From Candidatus Woesearchaeota archaeon (lineage in GTDB: Archaea; Nanobdellota; Nanobdellia; Woesearchaeales; WAPJ01): 51,348 nt of DNA. The first letter of the stretch is position 1. Each line of letters begins with the position of its first letter. The notes beneath the pieces were generated by a model that worked only from the letters and a program-made list of their open reading frames with translations, was not told the origin of the DNA and ran no database searches. This document shows, piece after piece, positions 8,887-17,449 of this stretch. Both the position numbers and the translations under genes were made by a program. The stretch lies in the NCBI GenBank assembly GCA_047602885.1, contig JBLKOQ010000004.1, positions 1 to 51,348 of the forward strand, given 5' to 3'.

Positions 8887-10116
8887 ATGAGTTCGCTCAG
8901 AAGAGTTAAGATAGGCTATTGTAATGCTAGGGTTAATGAAAAGCCCAGCTATGGGCCTATCATACTGGCTGACGATGGCGAACCAATGGCTTTGGTTGGA
9001 ACCATGAACGGAGGGCTTGTTACTATACCCCTAATATTCGGATCGTCCAAGGATTATCGCGATGAGTACGAAGTACTTAGCCTTACTGCAGGAAATACTA
9101 TTAATCTTAAGGAAATTTTTTTGGACCAGGAAGTCTCGTCTTCAGTTATAGGGATAGAAAATCACAAGAACACTATAATTGTATCCTTGCTGGACGGCAA
9201 GATTTTTAATGTTGGTCCCAAGGGAAACAAGCTCGTTGTTGAGTTTGAAAGCACCCTTAGTGCGCCGCCTACACTAATTGGTATAGGCCCACAATCATTC
9301 CTCTTAGTGCCTACTACTGAAGGAGTATTATATCTTATGGATGTTAACGGCAAGATAATATCGAAGATTGCAAATACTGGTAAAATATCATCTAAACCAT
9401 CGTTCATAGTCGATAATAACAGTGTCCTGATAGGTAACAGTGAAGGAATAGTCACATGCTATGATATTGGAAACAAAGGAGTGTTTGCCAAAAAATGGCA
9501 GTTTAAGGCCAATAAAGCAATAACTACCGAAATTATCCATTCGGACCTTATGTCTGACGGGAGGATATTCTATCTTTTTGGAAGCGCTGACAAGAGTATT
9601 TATTGCATTACTGATGAAGGGATAGTGGCATGGTCGTTTCCTACTGAAGGCAAGATAATCAGCGGTGTTTTCATTGACGATATTAATAATGACGGTGTCA
9701 AAGAAGTGGTTTTTGGCAGCTGTGATGACAAGGTATACGTATTGTCAGCATATGGTACAGAGATTTGGAATTATGAGACTGACTTTTGGGTTGCAGCAAC
9801 ACCGAGTGTTATTGATGTGGATGAGGACAATTACAAGGAAGTATTTGTAGGATCTTATGACAATTCATTATACTGTTTTAGTCCGGAAGCGGACTTCATC
9901 CCGCATTTCTTTTCTGGGGCTTCAGGCATAGTGCAACAGTCGTCCAGTTTCGAGCACGGATACACTGACGCAAGTGCAGGATACTTTGCCAGGAAACTGT
10001 TTCAGGAACAGCTTGACGGGATGATTATAGGGATATATGCGCATGAGAAAAAGAAGATACTGGCCGCTCTTACCAACAAGGGAGAATTCAGGTCATATCA
10101 GTTCGAACAATTGTGA
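8887..10116 (+). CDS. Beta-propeller protein with PQQ-like/FG-GAP-like repeats; no signal peptide
   Basis: Repeats such as VFIDDINNDGVKEVVFGSCDDKVYVLSAYGTEIWNY and VIDVDEDNYKEVFVGSYDNSLYCFS. ATG at 8887 is preceded by AAGGGG (8875-8880); the tracked start at 8869 is TTG. Confidence 0.7.
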   Translation: MSSLRRVKIGYCNARVNEKPSYGPIILADDGEPMALVGTMNGGLVTIPLIFGSSKDYRDEYEVLSLTAGNTINLKEIFLDQEVSSSVIGIENHKNTIIVSLLDGKIFNVGPKGNKLVVEFESTLSAPPTLIGIGPQSFLLVPTTEGVLYLMDVNGKIISKIANTGKISSKPSFIVDNNSVLIGNSEGIVTCYDIGNKGVFAKKWQFKANKAITTEIIHSDLMSDGRIFYLFGSADKSIYCITDEGIVAWSFPTEGKIISGVFIDDINNDGVKEVVFGSCDDKVYVLSAYGTEIWNYETDFWVAATPSVIDVDEDNYKEVFVGSYDNSLYCFSPEADFIPHFFSGASGIVQQSSSFEHGYTDASAGYFARKLFQEQLDGMIIGIYAHEKKKILAALTNKGEFRSYQFEQL

Positions 10117-10126
10117 GGGGTTTATT

Positions 10127-10939
10127 ATGGGAGTAGTACAAAACAAGAGTGAGATAGAAAGAATCAAGACATACATTGAAGGATTTGACAGGGAAATGCA
10201 AGGAGGCATACCCAAAAATCACATAGTCCTGTTCTCTGGGACGGCAGGTACTATGAAGAGCTCTTTGACTTTTAACATATTGTATAATGAGATACTGCAG
10301 AATAACAGGGTTGCATTGTATCTGACGTTAGAGCAGAGTTCTGAATCATTGCTGAATCATATGGTAAACATGGAATATGACCTTAGCAAGATTGATATAT
10401 ATGTCATTGATAATTTAGCAGAGCTTACTAATATAATGAAGTCTCTCAACAAGTCTTCTGAGGGCAGTCTCATAATGGCCGATCTTGGAGCATTAAGGAA
10501 AGAGATTCAGAGCGTAAAGGTCGCTTCTGGAGGGGACTGGATTAATGTAGTAAAAAACCTTATTAGGAAGCTTAAGGAATCTGTCAGCTTAGAAATGTTT
10601 GTACTGGATAGTCTTTCGGCATTGTATGTGGTTTCTGATTTTGAGAAGCCAAGAGTAGAGCTGTTTCATTTGTTCGAGTTCTTGCGTGACCTAAAAATAA
10701 CAACTTTTCTTATATCTGAGATGCCGCTTAGCAAGAACAAGTTTGGAGAGTTTGAAATAGAGTCTTTTCTCGCTGACGGAGTAATAAAGCTCGATCTTGT
10801 TGACAGACACAGAAAAGTCTCTAGGGAAATATCCGTTGTCAAGATGCGTTCTACACATGCCAATAATGATGTGTTTACGCTAGACTTTCAGGGAGGCAAG
10901 TTCAAGGCATTGTATGGCGGTCAGCCTGCACTTGTATAA
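10127..10939 (+). CDS. KaiC/RecA-superfamily ATPase (ArlH/FlaH-like) with a deviant Walker A
   Basis: IERIKTYIEGFDREMQGGIPKNHIVLFSGTAGTMKSSLTFNILY...ALYLTLEQS...MFVLDSLSAL (Walker B-like). ATG at 10127 is preceded by GAGGGG (10115-10120) and follows the upstream stop at 10116, so the tracked start at 10037 is rejected. Confidence 0.8.
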   Translation: MGVVQNKSEIERIKTYIEGFDREMQGGIPKNHIVLFSGTAGTMKSSLTFNILYNEILQNNRVALYLTLEQSSESLLNHMVNMEYDLSKIDIYVIDNLAELTNIMKSLNKSSEGSLIMADLGALRKEIQSVKVASGGDWINVVKNLIRKLKESVSLEMFVLDSLSALYVVSDFEKPRVELFHLFEFLRDLKITTFLISEMPLSKNKFGEFEIESFLADGVIKLDLVDRHRKVSREISVVKMRSTHANNDVFTLDFQGGKFKALYGGQPALV

Positions 10940-10953
10940 TTATAGTGGTGCTT

Positions 10954-11748
10954 ATGAGATTATGGCTTGATGCAGACAAGAGCTTAGAGGAGAATGCAGA
11001 ATCTTTTTTTGTACGTTCCAAAAAAGCAAAGAAGAAGTCAAGGGGAGCTGCCAGCGCTGTAGAAAGGATATCGTCAAGTGAGATTAAAAAGAAAGAGCGC
11101 AAGACAACAAGCAGTGTCAAGCGTAAGAAAGAACATTGGTATATGAAGTACAGATGGTTCTTTATAGACGATAATACTCTTATAATAGGAGGAAGGGATG
11201 CCAATACTAATGAAGAAATAATCAAGCGAAGAACAGAACCTTACGATATTGTATTTCATGCTGAGATGCCGGGAAGCCCTTTTTTTGTTATTAAGGGAAG
11301 CAAAGGGAGATTGTTTACTGAGGATGAAAAGCAGTTTGTGGCTAATGCAACAGCTTCATATTCCAGAGCGTGGAAATATGGTGTTTCTTTTATCGACATA
11401 TTTTGTGTCGCTCCCACACAGGTTTCCAAGAAGGCTAGGGCAGGAGAGTATCTTAGCAAAGGTTCTTTCATGATTAGGGGTAATAAGGAGTTTTATAAGG
11501 GAATATTATTATTGTACGGCTCCATTATAACTCTAGACTCTTCATCATATATTATGATTACTCCTCAAGAGCGAGACGATTCTTTCGTAAGAATAATACC
11601 TGGTAGTATGAAGCCTAGCGATGCTGCAAAGTCAATACTTAGTAATTTGGACAACAAAACAGATATAAACGCTGATGAAATTATATTATCGCTTCCTGCA
11701 GGAAATGTGGAGTTAGAGTTCTTAAAAAAGAGGGGTGAATCCTCTTGA
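10954..11748 (+). CDS. Stand-alone NFACT-R (DUF814) domain protein with a Lys-rich N-terminal segment
   Basis: ENAESFFVRSKKAKKK...WFFIDDNTLIIGGRDANTNEEIIKRRTEPYDIVFHAEMPGSPFFVIKG matches the C-terminal third of RqcH/NEMF/FbpA-type proteins. Alternative GTG starts at 10945 and 10948. Confidence 0.75.
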   Translation: MRLWLDADKSLEENAESFFVRSKKAKKKSRGAASAVERISSSEIKKKERKTTSSVKRKKEHWYMKYRWFFIDDNTLIIGGRDANTNEEIIKRRTEPYDIVFHAEMPGSPFFVIKGSKGRLFTEDEKQFVANATASYSRAWKYGVSFIDIFCVAPTQVSKKARAGEYLSKGSFMIRGNKEFYKGILLLYGSIITLDSSSYIMITPQERDDSFVRIIPGSMKPSDAAKSILSNLDNKTDINADEIILSLPAGNVELEFLKKRGESS

Positions 11749-13853
11749 TAAGAGGACAAGTATCTTTTTTTATCATTATAGGAATACTCATTGTTCTGTT
11801 AACAGCAACCTTGTTGTTTTTATATATACCTGATGGTACTGTAAGCACTCCTCCAGAGTTCCATGAACTGGAAATTATTCTTAGAAGCTGCAGTGAAGAG
11901 GCATTAAACGATGGCATTATTAGAGGCTCTCTTTTGGGAGGTCATCCTGAGCTTGCAAGAGTACTGGATGGTATCAGAGAGTCTGACATTCCTTTGCTGG
12001 CATCGCAGCCAATCGCATTCACCAACAATCATGAGCCTGTTCCTTACTGGACTTACTATAAGATGGCCTGCCATGACGATTGTGTTATGACTATGAAACC
12101 TAAGATTACAGGTTTTTTCAGCAGGAGAACATATAGTTATGATAGTAATGACATGAGTGTTGAAGCGCAGCTTTCAAGATATTCTTCCAGTATCGCCAGA
12201 GACTGTGTTATTGAACGTATCGCAGATGATGATACTTTTTCTTTAGACAGTATTGATGTTATGATGAATATTATATTGTCTGACATTAATCTTCAGTACG
12301 AAACAAGAATGACAGGGAGTATCAGCAGGGGAAGTGCTACTATAAGCTCTCTGCAGTCAAGGGGAAGTTTTGACACTTCTTTCAAGAGACTTTATGATGC
12401 GGCAAGCAAGATTAGCGCTATGGAGTCCGGGACAGGTTTTTCCAGCTTTTTAATAATGGATATAATATCTTTGGATAACAGCCCTAAAGGAAGGTATCCG
12501 CCTATGTGGGCTTTGGACATGAGTTATTCCATTAATAGTTGGACCTCGCGCCAAGTATCAGAAATGCTTTACGAGGATATCACTAATTATTTTAGTTTTG
12601 TTAGGCTTTCTGATTCCAGTCTTTTGTCTTCAGACGATTCTTTGATACCTTATGAGCTTAGGAGGACTATTATGGATATTAGGGATGATGGCACTCCTGT
12701 AGGTGATGATATGATTCTTACTCATTTGCCTTCTTATGCTGCTCCTACCGTTTCTTTCAGGGGCAGGAGCATTGTAATGGGAGAAACTTTGTCTATTCCT
12801 ATGGATCTTATTGCAAGCATCATACCCTTAAGGTCTTACAGGACATATTATGATATTAACACTCCTACCATCTATGAGCTTAGGAGCAAAACTGATGGTC
12901 TGGTCTTTAGATTTGCAGTTGAATCTGTGATAAAATCGAATATGCCAGTATATGACACTAGCCTGGCTCCTGTAACTGCTGGAGATTACATATCTGACGA
13001 TTTCCCTGATATTCATGCATTATCCATGGCCTATTGTGACTCTCCTCAAGGCTCACTAGTCTCATTTGATGTTATTGACGGCTCTACCGGATCGGCAGTA
13101 AGTGATGCTATGATATCATTTGCTTGTGAGCAGGAATTCTGCTCTTATGCTTACGATAGCAGTCCTATAAGGCTTCCCGTATGCATGAATGCGGATATTA
13201 CTGTACATCACGATTCTTTAGCCTTTGGCACAGTATCCTTGGACACTGTTGACTACGATATTCCTAAGAGTGCTTTGCTTATTGGATATGAAGCAAGCAC
13301 TGTGCCAGTAGATATTAGGTTATTGCCCTTATCACTTATAAGAAACGATCCTTATTATAGTACTACAGGTATTGCTCCAAGAACATTACAAGGAGAGGAG
13401 TATGCGATAATATTATTAAGGAATATTGATACTGAAAGTCAGCATGCAACCATTGTTACCCGTCATGGAATGAGTCAGGAATTATTGCTAACGCCAGGCT
13501 TCCACACCCTTGACATAATGGTTTTGAGAGATATTGAACTTTCTACTGTAACAATTCCTGAAGACAACAGATGTACTGTCAGCCTTTTTGGAGGACCTTG
13601 CCTTATTGGAAGTTATACTATTGACCGGGTAGACTTGGAGGACACTTTAGTATTGTCTAGTGTTTCATTTGGGGAGCACGAACCGATCTATATTCCTCCT
13701 GCTATTGCTACTGTACCACATACTGTTAATATGATTGTGCCCATAGTCGATTTGCAATCCATATCACAGTCTAATAGGATTATAGAACACTTGTCAGTAA
13801 TGGGAGATATGGATTATATTATGCGTTCGGAAGGATTTGTGGAGGTAAGTTAA
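11745..13853 (+). CDS. 702-aa exported protein with a prepilin-like N-terminus; unknown ectodomain
   Basis: The TTG start overlaps the upstream TGA and lies 6 nt after GAGGGGTGA (11730-11738). N-terminus MIRGQVSFFIIIGILIVLLTATLLF. Paralog of 17446..19095. Confidence 0.65.
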   Translation: MIRGQVSFFIIIGILIVLLTATLLFLYIPDGTVSTPPEFHELEIILRSCSEEALNDGIIRGSLLGGHPELARVLDGIRESDIPLLASQPIAFTNNHEPVPYWTYYKMACHDDCVMTMKPKITGFFSRRTYSYDSNDMSVEAQLSRYSSSIARDCVIERIADDDTFSLDSIDVMMNIILSDINLQYETRMTGSISRGSATISSLQSRGSFDTSFKRLYDAASKISAMESGTGFSSFLIMDIISLDNSPKGRYPPMWALDMSYSINSWTSRQVSEMLYEDITNYFSFVRLSDSSLLSSDDSLIPYELRRTIMDIRDDGTPVGDDMILTHLPSYAAPTVSFRGRSIVMGETLSIPMDLIASIIPLRSYRTYYDINTPTIYELRSKTDGLVFRFAVESVIKSNMPVYDTSLAPVTAGDYISDDFPDIHALSMAYCDSPQGSLVSFDVIDGSTGSAVSDAMISFACEQEFCSYAYDSSPIRLPVCMNADITVHHDSLAFGTVSLDTVDYDIPKSALLIGYEASTVPVDIRLLPLSLIRNDPYYSTTGIAPRTLQGEEYAIILLRNIDTESQHATIVTRHGMSQELLLTPGFHTLDIMVLRDIELSTVTIPEDNRCTVSLFGGPCLIGSYTIDRVDLEDTLVLSSVSFGEHEPIYIPPAIATVPHTVNMIVPIVDLQSISQSNRIIEHLSVMGDMDYIMRSEGFVEVS

Positions 13854-13855
13854 GC

Positions 13856-16702
13856 ATGAGAATTATTGTTATTATACTACTAATATTATCGTTCACCATA
13901 TTATTGTCTTCTCCTGTGCTTGCTTCCAGTATTGTTGACCTTCAGTTTTTGAGGGATGGGAGTCCTGCAGGCAAAACAGGGGGTATGCTGTCCGACATTC
14001 GCCTTGAGTTCACCAGTCCTGTAAACAGTGATGACGTTGAAATTAGTATTTACGCAACTGATACTATAAGCTTTAATCCTACATATTGTGATGGAATATA
14101 TTGTTATGTTGAAGGCCTATACATCTCTTCGGCTGGAAGACATGAAATTGAGGTAAAGCATTTTTCTTCCTTCGACCATTTCACCGTAACTATTGATACC
14201 GGTAGACCAGTAGTGTCAGGGCTTAGATTGTATAAGAGTGGCAGTACTTGGATGCTTGAAGGAAAAGTATTTGATCCTATAGCAGACTCTAGTGACATTC
14301 CTGGCTCTGGAATATCATCTATAGAGATAATAAAAGAGGGCACTGTAGAAGAAACGATTAGTCCTGGATTGGATGCAGAATATGATATTGCAATTAATGC
14401 TCCTTTTGATGTTATAGGACCAAGTGTGTCTTTTACTGTTAGGGCTTATGATGCTGCTGGCAATGTAGGACAGGCTATATTTAATGCTGCTATAGACGAG
14501 AATCCTCCTGAGATTATTAGTGTTAATGAAGGCTCTACTACATGGTATGCTAATACTGAGGGGAGGCTGGCTGTAAATATTGTCATTAGAGAGGATGAAA
14601 GGGTTGACACTGATAATTCTTATGTTAGGATAGGATCTATAACCTCTCCTATCAGTTATTGCAATAGTATAGATAGTGATGTGTATAGCTGTACTGCAAT
14701 ACTAAATGTTGATACTGGAATGATAGGAGATTCTCATAATGCTATAGTGCATGTCAGGGACAGGTTTGGAAATCAGGACGAGAATACTTATAGCATTACT
14801 ATAGAAGTTGATACTACCAGGCCAAGGCTATTAGACTTGTGGTCTGATGCACGCAGTTATAGCGAGCCTGCTGAACCATTCCTTTCATCGGGAGAATTTT
14901 TTGCTGAGTTTGAAGATGCTCCTTCAGGAATGGATCCTACAAGAACTATAGCAAGAATTACCAGTCCCTATGATATCGAAATAAGTCCTGATAGGTGCGT
15001 AATGGACGGTGGTCTGGCTAAGTGCTACTATAAAGTACTAGACACTACTAGGGGCGCAGTTACTACTCGCATAGTAAGAGGTTATGATAATAGTGGTAAC
15101 ATGATGCATTCTACTACATTGGAAAGATTGTTTCATATTGACAATAGTCCTCCTGTAATAACTGTTGGCATTGGAAGTCCAACAGCATATAGCACTGACA
15201 ATGTTGTTACTGTGCATTCAGGCTCAGCGTTCCATGCGCGTATAGCTGCAGTTAAGGATTCGGGTAGCAGGATATCGAGAGTTATGATAAAGAAGTATAG
15301 TGTGTCTACAGGAGAGCTATTATATGAAAATAGGATGGAAGGAAATGAATGCACTATTAGAATCAATACTATGGTATGCGATTATTCTGGCAGTGATATT
15401 ACAGAGGATATTCGTGTTGAAATCAAGGTTTATGACGGGGCAGGTAATAGTGCGAGCGTTACCAGGAATGTGAGGACTGGAGACAGCCTAATGGGCAGTA
15501 CTACTTGGAGAGTAATATCAATGACTTCCAGGCCTAGCTACTATTTTACTGGCATACCCTCACAATTCTCTATGACTATAAAATTGTATCCTCAAGGATC
15601 ACCTCCTGGCACTAGCATAGGAAGGGTTGGTCTTTCAAGATGCACTTCAACTAAAGGATCAATTACTGACAGTTATGCTTCTTCGAGCAGCAACAATATT
15701 AAGGTTAGCGGCGCACTGGCTACTTCCCCTAGTGAAGGTGGAATAGTAAATATTTCCTGTGACTTGGATGTTTATGCTCAGAGAGGAAGATATATTTCTG
15801 ATGATAGTGAAAGGATAACTGTTAATTTCTCATTGGCACAATATAACAGCATGGCCAATCCTAACAGTCCGTATAATCGGGGTTCTGACAATACTCTGTT
15901 TAGTGGGCTTTCAAGCCCTTCAGCCATTGATGTTTTAGGAAAGGCAGAAGAGTTTATTAGGATAGGAGAGGCTGTATGCAAGGCTTATGCCATTCTGACT
16001 TCTGGTTCTATAATATTGGATACTGTTGCTGCTGCAACTGGTGACATAGCATCACCAGTGGAGCCTGCTGCAAAAGCAGTTGATGAGGCCACTGACAAAT
16101 TCGGTGACTTTGCCGAGAAGGCTTGCAGTTACATTACTTGTGAGACTCCTGGGGCTGAGAAAGTATTGTCTTTCTATGACAAACTGGAAGGAAAGGTTAT
16201 AGGCAACCTTACTGATATTGGACTATTTCACCTTACTCATTCAGGCAGAAGAAATGTCCAGGACTCTCTGATACAGTCAGTGTTATCTGTTTGTGTTCCT
16301 GGAATAGTAAAGAATGTTCGTAAGTTCCAGCAGGTTGAATGCGGTTATGCTTTATGCCTGCTCGATGCTGATGAGGGAAAAGTGCCTGCTGCTATGTGCG
16401 AGTACGGAAAGAGCACTGCTTATTGTGAAGCTTATGCCTCTGAAGTATTTGCAGTTGTTCCTTACGGCCTAATAGTAAAGGATGCTGGCTTTAATCTTAA
16501 TAGCTTATTGCAGCGTCCTATTACTGTTGCAGGAGGTTTTCTTATGAATCAATTGCAAAAGAACTCTCCTACATTGAGGTATGCCTTAAAACTCGTTAAA
16601 TTTGCACAGGAGCTGGCACCCATATTGGGAATAAATTTTGGGGTTACTCATGAGACTCCAGCAGTGGACTACTGTGATATGCTTGAAAGCAGGAGGGCAT
16701 AA
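13856..16702 (+). CDS. 948-aa secreted protein: Sec signal, about four Ig-like modules, C-terminal Cys-rich module
   Basis: MRIIVIILLILSFTILLSSPVLASS. Recurrent domain-boundary motifs: IDTGRPVV, IDENPPEII, VDTTRPRLL, IDNSPPVIT. The last ~250 aa hold many Cys. GGAGGT lies 9 nt upstream of the ATG. Confidence 0.65.
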   Translation: MRIIVIILLILSFTILLSSPVLASSIVDLQFLRDGSPAGKTGGMLSDIRLEFTSPVNSDDVEISIYATDTISFNPTYCDGIYCYVEGLYISSAGRHEIEVKHFSSFDHFTVTIDTGRPVVSGLRLYKSGSTWMLEGKVFDPIADSSDIPGSGISSIEIIKEGTVEETISPGLDAEYDIAINAPFDVIGPSVSFTVRAYDAAGNVGQAIFNAAIDENPPEIISVNEGSTTWYANTEGRLAVNIVIREDERVDTDNSYVRIGSITSPISYCNSIDSDVYSCTAILNVDTGMIGDSHNAIVHVRDRFGNQDENTYSITIEVDTTRPRLLDLWSDARSYSEPAEPFLSSGEFFAEFEDAPSGMDPTRTIARITSPYDIEISPDRCVMDGGLAKCYYKVLDTTRGAVTTRIVRGYDNSGNMMHSTTLERLFHIDNSPPVITVGIGSPTAYSTDNVVTVHSGSAFHARIAAVKDSGSRISRVMIKKYSVSTGELLYENRMEGNECTIRINTMVCDYSGSDITEDIRVEIKVYDGAGNSASVTRNVRTGDSLMGSTTWRVISMTSRPSYYFTGIPSQFSMTIKLYPQGSPPGTSIGRVGLSRCTSTKGSITDSYASSSSNNIKVSGALATSPSEGGIVNISCDLDVYAQRGRYISDDSERITVNFSLAQYNSMANPNSPYNRGSDNTLFSGLSSPSAIDVLGKAEEFIRIGEAVCKAYAILTSGSIILDTVAAATGDIASPVEPAAKAVDEATDKFGDFAEKACSYITCETPGAEKVLSFYDKLEGKVIGNLTDIGLFHLTHSGRRNVQDSLIQSVLSVCVPGIVKNVRKFQQVECGYALCLLDADEGKVPAAMCEYGKSTAYCEAYASEVFAVVPYGLIVKDAGFNLNSLLQRPITVAGGFLMNQLQKNSPTLRYALKLVKFAQELAPILGINFGVTHETPAVDYCDMLESRRA

Positions 16703-16732
16703 AAGAATTTATAAAAGAAAGGTGCATAGGTA

Positions 16733-17449
16733 TTGGTTATGAATAGTACAAAAAAGCATTTGATAGTAACAGTGGCATTATTGTTCTTAGTCTCTTCAAC
16801 CTCTGTTGTTGCCTTTGATGTAAGCCAAGCGCTTGATGCTATTAACAGGATACAAAGGGTTGCTGACAGCGATGATAGGTATGCTGCTGCAGTAGAGATA
16901 GGAAATATGGCTTGGGGACTGTTTTGTGGGTGTGCTACTACCAATAGTTGTGAGGGCATAGGGGCATTTTTTTGTGCAGATCTGACTGATCCCGCACTAA
17001 TAGACAGCGAAGGTCTTAGGTGGGCTTCTAGAATACTAGGCAATCCTGAGCAAGGTATATGCGCTCTTGTTAACCAGAACAAGGCATATAATGTTGGTCT
17101 TAGCGTTGATAATACGGGTATGAACTCTTCGTTTCAGAGACATGTTAACGCTTATGTTGAGGCGGCAAGAGCTTATAACGAGGATACTATGGAGTATACT
17201 TATTATTATAGCTTTAATTTTTTTCCTACAAGCGCTTATAATTCTACTGATGTTAAGTTCTACGTAATGCAAGGTTCTAGTCGCATAGATCTTCCCACTG
17301 AGGTTATACCAGTGACTGACCAGGGTTTTAGGCATAGGTATACAACTAATAGTAAGCAATTGTATGACAAAGCATGCATGAGGTTCACTAAAGGCAATCC
17401 TGACGGCTTTGCTAGAAACACTCTTTGCGCTAGGGTGACTGCAATATGA
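16733..17449 (+). CDS. 238-aa secreted Cys-containing protein, unknown function
   Basis: Signal-like N-terminus KKHLIVTVALLFLVSSTSVVAF, then CGCATTNSCEGIGAFFC. Start is TTG at 16733 or ATG at 16739, after AAAGGTG. Confidence 0.55.
   Translation: MVMNSTKKHLIVTVALLFLVSSTSVVAFDVSQALDAINRIQRVADSDDRYAAAVEIGNMAWGLFCGCATTNSCEGIGAFFCADLTDPALIDSEGLRWASRILGNPEQGICALVNQNKAYNVGLSVDNTGMNSSFQRHVNAYVEAARAYNEDTMEYTYYYSFNFFPTSAYNSTDVKFYVMQGSSRIDLPTEVIPVTDQGFRHRYTTNSKQLYDKACMRFTKGNPDGFARNTLCARVTAI

Noticed and set aside
10037-10126. Upstream extension of the KaiC-like ORF (tracked start 10037)
   Set aside because: It would overlap the propeller gene by 80 nt and add a non-homologous Arg-rich leader. The ATG at 10127 follows the upstream stop and a GAGGGG SD box.
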